Shown: positions 1 through 10,066 of the stretch, in pieces
How the letters are laid out: each line of letters starts with the position of its first letter
How positions within the stretch are numbered: the stretch's first letter is position 1
From: Gemmatales bacterium
GTDB taxonomy: Bacteria > Planctomycetota > Planctomycetia > Gemmatales > HRBIN36
Direction: 5' to 3'
Length of the DNA: 64,000 nucleotides
Assembly (NCBI GenBank): GCA_025060195.1
Contig: JANXCQ010000017.1
Coordinates: forward strand, 18,479-82,478
Translations under genes and position numbers: made by a program
The notes under the pieces: model-generated
The model's input: only the letters and a program-made list of their open reading frames with translations
Told to the model about the DNA's origin: nothing
Databases searched by the model: none

Positions 1-747
1 GTTCAAGAGATTAGAAGTCGCTTGGACGAAATCAGGCAGGCTCAGGAAGATCACCTCACGGCTTTAGTCCTGTCGCCGTGGCTGACGCTGGAGGAGGCCT
101 GGCTTGCCTGTCAGTGGATGCGTCAGATGTGCCCGCGTGCTAAGTTAGTTCGAGGACCTATCCGAGATCTTGGAGAGGATGATATCTACCCAAAAACTTC
201 ACGCGGAGAAGCCGTTCCCCGAGACAAGGCCAAGTTTATCATCCGTGGAGAGAAAGCGCCGAATCGTTGTGGTTTGGACATTATTCTAAGACATTATGAG
301 ACCACGATAGTCACTTGGACGCAATGGCTCGAATCGATCGCTCAACAAAATATCCTGCATGTTTACTTCATTAATTCGGATCCGCTTTGGGAAGCGTCTG
401 CATTGGAATTAGAAGCGTTGCGCTCCTTGAGGACACTAGTAGTCCATGATATTTTCCCGCGGGATTGGCCGAGTGTGGCTCATTGGCTTATTCCTGCGAC
501 CACGTTTGCGGAGAAGTCCGGTACTTATATTAATGCCGATGGCTTGGCGCAAACGGTGCGACCAGCGATTATCCCTCCCGAGGGAATGTGGTCTGAAGCA
601 CGCTTTTTCTGGCAGTTATTAGATCGGACAGGCTTGTATCACGCTCCGACAGTTCGTCGTGAGATCGCCTCTACCATAGCGGCGCTTCAGCCGCTCGATG
701 CGGATGAGCTCGGCGAATCTGGCATCCCGATTCGCTCATGCGCATGA
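1..747 (+). CDS. nuoG: NADH-quinone oxidoreductase subunit G, C-terminal part (5' truncated by window)
   Basis: Frame is open from base 1; molybdopterin-oxidoreductase-like motif LIPATTFAEKSGTYINADG; lies directly upstream of nuoH. Confidence 0.8.
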   Translation, partial: VQEIRSRLDEIRQAQEDHLTALVLSPWLTLEEAWLACQWMRQMCPRAKLVRGPIRDLGEDDIYPKTSRGEAVPRDKAKFIIRGEKAPNRCGLDIILRHYETTIVTWTQWLESIAQQNILHVYFINSDPLWEASALELEALRSLRTLVVHDIFPRDWPSVAHWLIPATTFAEKSGTYINADGLAQTVRPAIIPPEGMWSEARFFWQLLDRTGLYHAPTVRREIASTIAALQPLDADELGESGIPIRSCA

Positions 748-771
748 GCTAACGCTTCCGAGAAATCCGAC

Positions 772-1887
772 ATGGACTGGCTCACGATAGGACTGATTAT
801 TTTCGTGATAAGCTGGCTACAAATTCTGTGTGCTTATCTAATTTACCTGGAACGCAAAGTGGCCGCGTGGGTACAGGATCGGAAAGGGCCCAATCGTGTT
901 GGCCCCTGGGGACTGTTTCAGCCGATTGCAGATGGCCTGAAGTTCCTCTTCAAAGAACAGGTGGTGCCTGCCCACGTGCATCGTTTTTTATATATCCTGG
1001 CACCAAGTATCGCCGTGATCACGACGATGCTGGCGTTTGCTGTGGTACCTTTCGGTCCGACGGATGTCCCTGATCCGAGGCAAAAGCGGTTTATTATCGC
1101 ACCTAACCTAGATATAGGTTTACTATTTATTTTTGCGATCGCAAGTCTAAACGTTTATTCGATTATTCTAGGTGGCTGGGCCTCCAATAATAAATATAGT
1201 CTGTTAGGCTCCTTACGGTCAGCGGCGCAGATTATCAGTTATGAAATTCCTCTGGCGTTATCAGTATTAGGAGTTATAGTACTAGTAGGTTCCTTGAATC
1301 TGGAGCATTTACTAAATGAGCAGGCGAGGTTGGGAATAGGTGGCTGGCTGATCTGGTATCAACCTCTAGGTTGGTTATTATTTTTCGCCAGTGCTCTAGC
1401 GGAATCAAATCGCTTGCCGTTCGACTTACCCGAGGCGGAGCAGGAGCTGGTGGGCGGCTACCATACCGAATATAGTGGTATGAAGTTTGCCATGTTTTTT
1501 CTGGGCGAATATACCCACGTGACGACGGTAAGTTTGCTGATGGTGATTCTCTACTTTGGTGGCTGGCACTTTCCGTTCGTCGCCGAATTTAACGCGAATT
1601 ATCCAGGTGCCACCGGGGTGAAGGTGCTCGTTTTGTGGACTAAGGCGAGCTTAGTTATATTGGTGATCATGCTCCTGCGATGGACGTTACCTCGCTTCCG
1701 CTTTGATCAGCTGATGCATTTAGCGTGGATGGGTTTGGTGCCGCTCTCCCTGCTCAATTTACTAAGTGTCATGATAGTGCGGCATTGGTCACTAAGCCCC
1801 TGGCTGTTATTACCATGCTCTGTGATAATCCTCACTGCCATTCCGCTATTGCATCGGTGGAAATCGCGCCAGCTTGACTGGGCTTAG
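772..1887 (+). CDS. nuoH: NADH-quinone oxidoreductase subunit H
   Basis: Motifs ERKVAAWVQDRKGPNRVGP, QPIADGLK, NRLPFDLPEAEQELVGGYHTEYSG, RWTLPRFRFDQ. Confidence 0.97.
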   Translation: MDWLTIGLIIFVISWLQILCAYLIYLERKVAAWVQDRKGPNRVGPWGLFQPIADGLKFLFKEQVVPAHVHRFLYILAPSIAVITTMLAFAVVPFGPTDVPDPRQKRFIIAPNLDIGLLFIFAIASLNVYSIILGGWASNNKYSLLGSLRSAAQIISYEIPLALSVLGVIVLVGSLNLEHLLNEQARLGIGGWLIWYQPLGWLLFFASALAESNRLPFDLPEAEQELVGGYHTEYSGMKFAMFFLGEYTHVTTVSLLMVILYFGGWHFPFVAEFNANYPGATGVKVLVLWTKASLVILVIMLLRWTLPRFRFDQLMHLAWMGLVPLSLLNLLSVMIVRHWSLSPWLLLPCSVIILTAIPLLHRWKSRQLDWA

Positions 1888-1899
1888 GAGGGCAAGATC

Positions 1900-2478
1900 A
1901 TGCCAATAGCCCCCTCCGAGGTAAAGTGGATAGATGAGCGTACTTTGAGTCCCTGGGACTGGCTTTACTTACCTGCTTTGTGGGAAGGGCTAAGCACAAC
2001 CGTGCGCCATATGTTTTCTAAGAAAGTCACTATTGAGTTTCCGGAGCAACGTCCTTCGGTTCCACCGCATTATAAAGGTGTGCATCGGCTGAATCGGGAT
2101 GAGCAAGGCCGTGTACGGTGTGTGGCCTGCTATTTATGTGCAACAGCTTGTCCAGCACATTGTATAGATATTGTTGCGGCTCCATCCCCTTGGCCGGATC
2201 GCGAGAAGTATCCTGAATTATTTGTGATAGATGAGTTGCGTTGCATTTATTGCGGGATGTGCGAAGAGGCGTGTCCCGTGGATGCGATTGAGTTGACTAC
2301 GCTCTACGACTTAACTGGTTTTTCTCGAGAGGAGATGTTGTTTGATAAGGAAAAACTGCTGGCAGTTTATGACTATACGGTTAACAAAGGCACAGATGCG
2401 ATCCGCACATTGCGGGGAACTTTGGGGCCAGCATCAGAAATTCTGGAGCAACAGTCTGCCCCGTTGCCAAATACATAA
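1900..2478 (+). CDS. nuoI: NADH-quinone oxidoreductase subunit I
   Basis: Two CxxCxxCxxxCP 4Fe-4S motifs (CVACYLCATACP, CIYCGMCEEACP); AGGAGG RBS. Confidence 0.96.
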   Translation: MPIAPSEVKWIDERTLSPWDWLYLPALWEGLSTTVRHMFSKKVTIEFPEQRPSVPPHYKGVHRLNRDEQGRVRCVACYLCATACPAHCIDIVAAPSPWPDREKYPELFVIDELRCIYCGMCEEACPVDAIELTTLYDLTGFSREEMLFDKEKLLAVYDYTVNKGTDAIRTLRGTLGPASEILEQQSAPLPNT

Positions 2479-2614
2479 TTTCTTGTAAGCAAAGGAAGGA
2501 TGCAGAACCGGTCCCCCGAAGCCGTGGAGCTATAATTGTTAGCACCAGGGGTTTTGCAGGGTGGGTATTATTATCAGGGGCAAGATTTGCGTATCTAGAA
2601 AAAGACTTATTTAC

Positions 2615-3814
2615 ATGATGAACGTCTTAACAAAACTGGCCGGATGGGTTTTGGATTATAGCTGGGCGGGACCTGGGGTGGCCTTTGTTTTAGGTGCGAT
2701 CATCGGGAGTTTCCTGAATGTGTGCATTTATCGCCTGCCAGTAGGTGAGAGTATATTCTGGCCGCCCTCGCGCTGTGGCCATTGCGGCCAAAAAATTCGT
2801 TGGTATGATAACATTCCCCTGGTGAGTTATTGGGTTCTTCGTGGCCGTTGTCGGCGCTGCGGAGCGCGATTTTCCATGCGTTACTTTTGGATCGAATTGC
2901 TGACGGCGACGCTTTTCGCTTTGGCATTTTGGTGGATAGTGCAACGGGACGGTTACGGCTTTGTAACGCAGTCGGGCGGACAGTTGTTCAGTCGTGAGGA
3001 GATTCAAGCGTTGGAGGGCTGGGACACGGAGCAGCGTTTGCGGGCTTTGCAGGAAAGGGTAACGTTGCGATTGATTGGGGTCTGGCTTTATAACATGGTG
3101 CTGGCGGCAATGTTGATCGTGGCGACGTTTACCGATATAGACACAATGACGATTCCCTTGCCCTTGACGATTGTGGGGACAGTACTAGGCTGTGTAGCGG
3201 GGGCGTGGGCGGCTTGGCCTTGGCCGATGGCTCCGGAAATGCCGCGGTTGTCTCCTTGGGAAATGGAGCTGGTGCAGTATGGTGGATTGGCTAGCACTGC
3301 GACTATTTTGCCGGTGCCGTTAGGAGCGCAACTCTGGCCGGTGTGGTACCCTTTGCCAAGTTGGGTACCCGCGGGGAGGTGGTGGACAGGGTTGGTGAAT
3401 GCGGTGGTGGGGGCGGCGTTCGGCACGGGGCTGATGCATCTAATCCGAGCATTGTTCTCGTGGGCGTTTCGACGCGAAGCGTTGGGCTTAGGCGACGCCG
3501 ATCTCATGATGCTTATTGGCGCTTTCCTTGGTTGGCAGGGAGTGCTTGTGGCGCTGGGTGCCAGCGTGTTTCTCGCGCTGGGCTATGGGATTTTTTTGCT
3601 GATCACCGCCCGAGGACATGAATTACCATTTGGCCCATTCTTAGCGGGCGGAGCGTTGCTGACTATGGGGACCGCACATTGGGTTATGAGGCCTTTACAG
3701 GCGGTATTTTTTGACCTGCCGTTGTTACTCATCTTGGCCGCAGTTTTCACGATACTTTCCGTGTTCTTAGGTATGGCCATCCGCTTGGTTACTCTGATTT
3801 TGTCAGCTCGTTAG
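2615..3814 (+). CDS. pilD: Prepilin peptidase (A24 family, PilD-like) with insertions
   Basis: GSFLNVCIYRLP, Zn-binding CGHC/CRRC, DNIPLVSY, catalytic TDID and LGLGD, PFGPFLA; ATG at 2615 preferred over upstream GTG at 2561. Confidence 0.9.
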   Translation: MMNVLTKLAGWVLDYSWAGPGVAFVLGAIIGSFLNVCIYRLPVGESIFWPPSRCGHCGQKIRWYDNIPLVSYWVLRGRCRRCGARFSMRYFWIELLTATLFALAFWWIVQRDGYGFVTQSGGQLFSREEIQALEGWDTEQRLRALQERVTLRLIGVWLYNMVLAAMLIVATFTDIDTMTIPLPLTIVGTVLGCVAGAWAAWPWPMAPEMPRLSPWEMELVQYGGLASTATILPVPLGAQLWPVWYPLPSWVPAGRWWTGLVNAVVGAAFGTGLMHLIRALFSWAFRREALGLGDADLMMLIGAFLGWQGVLVALGASVFLALGYGIFLLITARGHELPFGPFLAGGALLTMGTAHWVMRPLQAVFFDLPLLLILAAVFTILSVFLGMAIRLVTLILSAR

Positions 3815-4008
3815 AACGAGGTTACTAAGCCGAGTCGCCGTCAGCGTCTGAGCCAGCCGGATCGGAAGTTAGCCCACAAGAAATTGTGGTGAGTTTGCGG
3901 ACTGGGGATGGTTTTTGACCTATGCTTTGAGGGAACCATCGTCCGAAGCGGTAGGCTAGTAAGCATAAATCGACATGGGATTATTTTTGTCATAGTCAGG
4001 GGAGAGGT

Positions 4009-6018
4009 ATGCGCGAAGGAGTTTGCGAACTAGTGCCGAGTAAAGCACGGGAGAAAGGGTCGCCGCTGACGTGGCGTCCTTACTTGGCGCGCTTCGATGA
4101 GATGAAGGCCACCAGGCAGTTGCCGAGCCCGACGGGCGTGGCGCTGGAGATTATGCGCTTAGCGCAAGATGAGAGCGTGTCTTGTGGTACGCTGGCGCGA
4201 GTGTTGATGGCTGATCCTGCCTTATCCGGGAAGGTAATTAAGTACGTCAATTCAGCATTAATGCAGACGGGGCGTGCGGTTCATTCGGTGCAGGAGGCGG
4301 TATTGCGTCTTGGGGTGGGTACGCTCCGACGCATTGCGCTCAGTTTTTCGCTCGTGTCGGCCCATCGGGAAGGGCGCTGCGCCGCATTTGATTATCACGG
4401 CTTTTGGTCGCGATCGTTAGCCTTAGGTGTGGCAGCACAAGAGTTGGTGCGGCATACGCGCTATGTGCCGCCTGATGAAGCTTTCACCACAGGATTATTA
4501 GCCCATATTGGTCAGCTGGGGCTGGCTTGTGTGTATCCCGACAAATACGCCGAGGTGCTTCGACAGGCTCGCGGCGGCGCCTTGGAGGAGTTACTTTTCG
4601 TCGAACAGGAGGCATTCGCAGCGAATCATTGCGAGTTATCAGCGGCGATGTTTTTGGATTGGGGCTTACCTGCGGAACAGGCGGCTGCAGTGGAGCGTTA
4701 TGTATTCGGAGAACCCGAGGATGCCTACGAAACGACACGGAAATTGATCCGAGTCCTGCGGGTGGCCGAGAAGTGTGCGGAGTTGTGTGTTCTCCAGCAA
4801 GCTAACCGCACTGCAGTGGCGCAGCAATTATTAGCTCGTGCGGAACTGCTGCAACTCCAGCCGCTTCACCTGGCGGAGTTGTTCGAACATATAGCCCGCG
4901 AGTGGCAGAGTTGGGGCCGCATCCTGGAAATTCGCACGTACCCGGTTGGCCCGATTCGTGAGCTGGTACATCAGGCTCAAGTGGCCTTGAGCACCGAAGC
5001 GATAGCAGGTCATTATGGCACCGAGAAGTCGGCCCACCCGAATTGGCGAGCGCTAGTCGTGGGCATCGACATGTCGCCAAGTCAAGAGATGGCCGATATC
5101 CTACGGCAAGCTGGTTACGAAGTGTTCACTGCGGTTGACGGGGAGAGCGCGTTAGCACTGGTACTAGAGAACTTACCGCAATTTATTCTCTTGCCTCTGC
5201 GCATGCCCAAACCGGGGAAAAGCTCGGCCGGAAACTCGGAATGGGGTGGATCCCGTTGGTGTCGGCAGCTTCGGGAAACGCAGGTGGGCAGACAGTTATA
5301 TTTGGTTATGTGGGCCGACCAGCCTACGGAGCAAGAAGTGGTAACCGCTTTTGAGGCTGGAGCGGATGATGTTATCAGCTGGCCGATGTCGCCGCGAGTC
5401 TTGCTGGCACGATTACGGGCAGGTCAGCGAGTCATTGAACTGCAACGGGAGGTTGAACGGGAGCAGGCGGAACTTCGACGCGTGACTGCGGAGTTGGCCA
5501 TTGCCAACCGCAAATTGCAGGATGCGGCCTTGACCGACCCCCTCACGGGATTGCCCAATCGTCGCTATGCCTTCGACAGACTCCATCAGGAGTGGCACGA
5601 AGCAATGCGGCACGAATTGCAGTTAGCTTGCCTGATGTTGGATGTGGATCACTTCAAACGTATCAACGACTCCCACGGTCACGACATGGGCGACCTGGTG
5701 CTGCAACAAATGGCCGAGCTCTTGCGCCAGGCAATACGTCGCAACGACGTGGCATGTCGTATCGGGGGCGAAGAGTTTCTGATCTTGTGTCCCCGTACTC
5801 CCTTGCAAGGGGCTGCTGCCTTGGCGGAACGAATACGGCAACTGGCCGAGAATAAGACCTGGGGGTCAGATAGAGTCCCGCTGCGGGTAACCCTTAGCCT
5901 TGGCGTGGCCGCTCGGTCGGAGAAGGTGTGTTCTCCTGAAGATTTATTCCGTCAGGCAGACCAGGCCCTCTATGCAGCGAAGCAGGCGGGACGCAATCGC
6001 GTGCACTGCGCCGGCTAA
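4009..6018 (+). CDS. HDOD - degenerate REC - GGDEF diguanylate cyclase
   Basis: HDOD motifs (LPSP, DPALSGKVIKYVNS), DPLTGLPNRR, DVDHFKRINDSHGH, intact GGEEF, RRND I-site. Confidence 0.92.
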   Translation: MREGVCELVPSKAREKGSPLTWRPYLARFDEMKATRQLPSPTGVALEIMRLAQDESVSCGTLARVLMADPALSGKVIKYVNSALMQTGRAVHSVQEAVLRLGVGTLRRIALSFSLVSAHREGRCAAFDYHGFWSRSLALGVAAQELVRHTRYVPPDEAFTTGLLAHIGQLGLACVYPDKYAEVLRQARGGALEELLFVEQEAFAANHCELSAAMFLDWGLPAEQAAAVERYVFGEPEDAYETTRKLIRVLRVAEKCAELCVLQQANRTAVAQQLLARAELLQLQPLHLAELFEHIAREWQSWGRILEIRTYPVGPIRELVHQAQVALSTEAIAGHYGTEKSAHPNWRALVVGIDMSPSQEMADILRQAGYEVFTAVDGESALALVLENLPQFILLPLRMPKPGKSSAGNSEWGGSRWCRQLRETQVGRQLYLVMWADQPTEQEVVTAFEAGADDVISWPMSPRVLLARLRAGQRVIELQREVEREQAELRRVTAELAIANRKLQDAALTDPLTGLPNRRYAFDRLHQEWHEAMRHELQLACLMLDVDHFKRINDSHGHDMGDLVLQQMAELLRQAIRRNDVACRIGGEEFLILCPRTPLQGAAALAERIRQLAENKTWGSDRVPLRVTLSLGVAARSEKVCSPEDLFRQADQALYAAKQAGRNRVHCAG

Positions 6019-6047
6019 CCTTCAGCATCGGATCGTTATCGCTGTAG

Positions 6048-7517
6048 TCAACCTAGGAAGTCCAACAGATTGGGTTGAAGTATTTGGGCAGTGGCCCCGA
6101 GAAGCAAGGTCAGCAGATTTTGCTGGGCCTGCAGACGCACGACTAACTCGGCAAGATCCGCTTCTTCGATGCGTCCTAATTGAAACTGTAAACTGAGTTT
6201 CACCTGTTCCAGGTGCTCCTCCAGCATGTCCAGACTAGCCAGGCCAGTAGATTGTTCACCCAGGGCGTGTAAGATCGTCTGATGCACGGCGTCGAGGGCC
6301 GTGATCATGCGACTCAAGGCCTGCGTCTGGCCCGCAGCAGGGAGACGCCGACTATTTTCTAACTCGTCGCGGAGATGGATTAGCGCCGTGAAGAGATCGT
6401 AGCTATGGGGAAACTCTACCCAATTTTCGCCCGTCCGCCGCAAGCTGCTTGTGTCTAAAAATAACACGTTGCCCTGGTTATCAATCACCTGCTGGTCGGG
6501 AGTGAAGGTGATTGGGTGATTGGTCGCCCCGCCATCGAGCGATAAAGTGCCTTGCGCGGTAATGGCCACGGTTCCCGAAAAGCCCGGCGTGATGTTAGTC
6601 GTGTTTACGAACACTACCTCGCCATTTGGCCCGACAACCCGCAGATCAGTATCCGTGTTCGTCCAAGCGATAGCTGGCCCACCATTGAGCGATACGAGAC
6701 CGCTGCTGCCCGTGCCGCTGGTATCCTGGAGATGTAACCAATGCGTGCCACTCGGGCCCAGCACCGTGTCTCCGACTGGTGAACTGTTTCCTGGCGCCAC
6801 GCCCGAGCCGCTGCCATACGTCGTCGCGGTGTGCTTGATCAGCACATGTACACGCCCTTGAACGCGACTCGTTCCCGTGCCGAGAGCCAGACCGGTAGGA
6901 TCACCCATGATCTGGCCGCTACCCACTGAGGAACTGCGGAACACTTCTATCCCTGGGTAAAGAAACTTTGCCCAATAGGAAGGAGCCACGGATGCTGAAG
7001 CCCCGTGGGAAGCGCCCGCATACTCGACCCGCACAATCCGCCCTGAGGAATCACGTACCACGCGGAACGGAGCTTTAGTGGCATCGGCCCCCGCGAACAC
7101 ATAATGGTTTGGCATGCGACTGTTAGCCAAGCCCACTACCTGTTCGAGCAGCCCGTCGATTTCCGTAGCCAGTGCCCGTCGCGCGTCTTCGGTAAGTGTG
7201 TCCTGAGCTCCCTCAATGGCCAGCGCTCTCGCCTGCGTCAGTATGCCGCTGATTTGCTGTAATACCTGGGACGAGGTATGCAATGTTAGCCGCACTTCTG
7301 TGAGATTCTCCAAAAAGGTTTCGATCTGTCCGAGCGTGCTACGATAAACTTGGGCCGCGATTACGCCTTCGGGTTGCTCCGAAGGACGCAGCCATTTCTT
7401 GCCCGTGAGGGCTTGGAGCTGCAAGCGCTGGACTTCCGCCAAGGCCTGACGGAGGTGGTAAATCGAGCGGCTCACGAGATGACTAAGCGTGGTACGCTCC
7501 AGCATAGTGGGGTTCAC
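6048..7517 (-). CDS. flgL: Flagellar hook-associated protein 3
   Basis: Flagellin-like termini (TGKKWLRPSEQP; EEADLAE...NLLDFL); follows flgK. Confidence 0.9.
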   Translation of the reverse strand: MNPTMLERTTLSHLVSRSIYHLRQALAEVQRLQLQALTGKKWLRPSEQPEGVIAAQVYRSTLGQIETFLENLTEVRLTLHTSSQVLQQISGILTQARALAIEGAQDTLTEDARRALATEIDGLLEQVVGLANSRMPNHYVFAGADATKAPFRVVRDSSGRIVRVEYAGASHGASASVAPSYWAKFLYPGIEVFRSSSVGSGQIMGDPTGLALGTGTSRVQGRVHVLIKHTATTYGSGSGVAPGNSSPVGDTVLGPSGTHWLHLQDTSGTGSSGLVSLNGGPAIAWTNTDTDLRVVGPNGEVVFVNTTNITPGFSGTVAITAQGTLSLDGGATNHPITFTPDQQVIDNQGNVLFLDTSSLRRTGENWVEFPHSYDLFTALIHLRDELENSRRLPAAGQTQALSRMITALDAVHQTILHALGEQSTGLASLDMLEEHLEQVKLSLQFQLGRIEEADLAELVVRLQAQQNLLTLLLGATAQILQPNLLDFLG

Positions 7518-7559
7518 CCGGATAGTAGTGGTCTCCCGCGGCAGCTGGCCACCGGGAAA

Positions 7560-9521
7560 TCACACCAGACGCAGCAATTCCTCGAAAGTCTCGTGGACGA
7601 TCACGATGTAGCGGGCCGCTAATTGGAAGGCTCGCTGATATTGCAGCAAGCGGACTACCTCTTCGTTGGCATCCACTCCCGAAATGGCCTGCTGATGGAC
7701 CTGGAGTTGTTGGCCCACCACCTGCAAATGTTCTCGGTTCTGACGCATCGCTTGCAGTTGCGTCGCCAGGTCGGCTATTAGGCGGTCGTAGTAGCCACCC
7801 AGGGTCAGGCCCGAATCGAACACGGGTTGCTCGCGCAGTGCCAACATTTGCTGCAAACGCTCAGTATCGGCCGTGGCCCCACTTCGCGAGAGGGCTAACC
7901 GCTCAGGCGACGCTGCCACTTCGGGGTGTACACGCATCGTACCCGCATCACTCCCCGCAAACAGGGTATTGAGACCTAGAGCAGTCAGCAGACCCGAGGT
8001 ATCAGGCTGAGCGATCACGGGCACCTGAAACGCATCCCCCGCTTGCAACGTCCCAGGGCTCATTTCCAATATCAAGCCATCCACCAAGCTCACCGCGCTT
8101 CCCGGTGCATACCCTTGGCCGACTGAGACGGTGCCCAGTAACTGTCCCGCACTATTGCGTATTTCCAGCGTTAGATGCGGCGTTACACCCACCGTGCCGC
8201 TGTTGACAGCTTGAATTGTGTACACATCGTTCTGGCTGCCCGTATAGCTGCCCGAAACCCGTGGCCGGGCCGTGCCCGTAATCGTACCGGACAATTGTGT
8301 GGGCAGGCGTCCGGCAAAGTCGAAAACGTAGCCGGGTTCAGCGAGAAACTGCAAGGTGCGCGTCTGGGGGTCCGCAATCGCCTGTATATGCGGCACGCTC
8401 GAAAAGGCCACCGCTAGCTGGGCCAACGTCTGTGTCTGCGGATCAATGTTGACCGCATGGATCGTCCTTTCCCCCGTGCTGGTATTGGTTACGCTCACCC
8501 ATACGGCACCACGGCGAATCGTAAATGCGGGTTCCGCATGCTCCAGGGCTAAATTGACATTACTCACAGAACGCACGCCCGCTAAAAAGCGAAATTCTCC
8601 GGATAAACCTAAGCCAGCCACGTGGACATTATCCAAGCACCTCATCACCTCTTTCGCTAACCGATTCAGCCGCGTTGTCAACTCCGGCAACACTCCGTTG
8701 CGGACCGCCAATAACCCTGCTAACGACCCCGCGGTAACTTCTATGGGCACACCTGAGCCTTGCAGTGTCACCCGTACCTGATTCTGGCTATCCACATCCA
8801 CATGCCAGCGATGACTCGTATCGCCCATCACCAACATTGCCCCCCCAGCCAAAACGTTCACCTGCTCCAACGGCTGCTCCACCACCTGGATGGCAACTAA
8901 CTCCGCTAACTGACTTAGTAACTGATCACGACGGTCTAAGGCATCATGAGGCGTTGCACCTTGAGCTATCCCGCGGCTTATCGCGGCGTTTAACTCGGCT
9001 ATCTGAGTGGCCAACGCATTGATACGTGCTACAGTTGTTCTTATCTCTTCCGTGAGCTGATGCTGCCAGTTCAGGAGTTGGTCATTCACCTCGCGAAACC
9101 GCTGTGCTAACCGTTGCGCCGCCTCCACCACCAGGCTTCGCGAGGTCAAATCCGTTGGCCGAACTGACAATCGTTCCAGCCGATTGAAAAACTCGTCTAA
9201 TAAGCCGCGCAACGAATGCGTTCCCGTCCCGAAGAACGACTCGATTTCCTCCAAACGCATTAACCGACTCTGTAAATCCGCCAATTCGGAACTATGTTGC
9301 CAAATGGTCTGTTCCAAAATCGCATCACGCAGTCGACGAATCTCCGCAATCTCTACTCCGAAACCGATCGGGTCATCGGGCACGAACCGCGCTGCTAACA
9401 GTGGCTCCCGACGATGGTAACCTGGCGTATTGATGTTGGCAATATTGTGCCCCAACAGCTCCAGTACCCGCTGATTGACCTGCAACGCGGACAATCCAGT
9501 GGCAAAGTTTACGATAGCCAT
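7560..9521 (-). CDS. flgK: Flagellar hook-associated protein 1
   Basis: GHNIANINTPGYHR N-terminus; SGVDANEEVVRLLQYQRAF C-terminus. Confidence 0.95.
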   Translation of the reverse strand: MAIVNFATGLSALQVNQRVLELLGHNIANINTPGYHRREPLLAARFVPDDPIGFGVEIAEIRRLRDAILEQTIWQHSSELADLQSRLMRLEEIESFFGTGTHSLRGLLDEFFNRLERLSVRPTDLTSRSLVVEAAQRLAQRFREVNDQLLNWQHQLTEEIRTTVARINALATQIAELNAAISRGIAQGATPHDALDRRDQLLSQLAELVAIQVVEQPLEQVNVLAGGAMLVMGDTSHRWHVDVDSQNQVRVTLQGSGVPIEVTAGSLAGLLAVRNGVLPELTTRLNRLAKEVMRCLDNVHVAGLGLSGEFRFLAGVRSVSNVNLALEHAEPAFTIRRGAVWVSVTNTSTGERTIHAVNIDPQTQTLAQLAVAFSSVPHIQAIADPQTRTLQFLAEPGYVFDFAGRLPTQLSGTITGTARPRVSGSYTGSQNDVYTIQAVNSGTVGVTPHLTLEIRNSAGQLLGTVSVGQGYAPGSAVSLVDGLILEMSPGTLQAGDAFQVPVIAQPDTSGLLTALGLNTLFAGSDAGTMRVHPEVAASPERLALSRSGATADTERLQQMLALREQPVFDSGLTLGGYYDRLIADLATQLQAMRQNREHLQVVGQQLQVHQQAISGVDANEEVVRLLQYQRAFQLAARYIVIVHETFEELLRLV

Positions 9522-9526
9522 GGCAC

Positions 9527-10033
9527 TTAGCCCAGGATTTCAAGCAAATATCCGGAACCACCCTGTTCCAGTGTCCCCCGCCGATCGTACTGGCTCACGC
9601 TCTCGAGGCCGCCCACAAGCGCCCGCAAAAGCCTGCCATACAGTTCTTGCCCAAACCAGGCTAACACTGCCACTTGGCGTAAATCGGCTTGTACCCGCTG
9701 CGCTAACGCACTGACACGCTCTCGTTGCCGATGAACCGCCCGACCCGCTGCCTCGCCCATCAGTTCTTCTACCTCAGCCCAACGAATCCTGCCACGCTCA
9801 TCCGTAGGCAATCTCGCCCATAATGCCGCGCGCTGCGACCGCAACGAGTCTGGCTCCCCGAAGTAACACACCAGGCGCCCGACCGCTGCCTCTAACTGCT
9901 CCACCGAACCACTTACCAGGGCAGCCCGCAATTGTGCTAATTCTCCGGCTAACGTTTCGAGACGCGCTTCCTCCTGTTCGAGGTATCGCGCTAACTCCGT
10001 GGCTAATCCACGTACTGCCTCATTTTCATGCAT
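9527..10033 (-). CDS. flgN: Flagellar export chaperone, FlgN-like
   Basis: Helical protein of about 170 aa with C-terminal YDRRG motif, immediately upstream of flgK. Confidence 0.65.
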   Translation of the reverse strand: MHENEAVRGLATELARYLEQEEARLETLAGELAQLRAALVSGSVEQLEAAVGRLVCYFGEPDSLRSQRAALWARLPTDERGRIRWAEVEELMGEAAGRAVHRQRERVSALAQRVQADLRQVAVLAWFGQELYGRLLRALVGGLESVSQYDRRGTLEQGGSGYLLEILG

Positions 10034-10066
10034 CGCAGCACTTCCGCCAGGCCTCGAGAACCGTGC

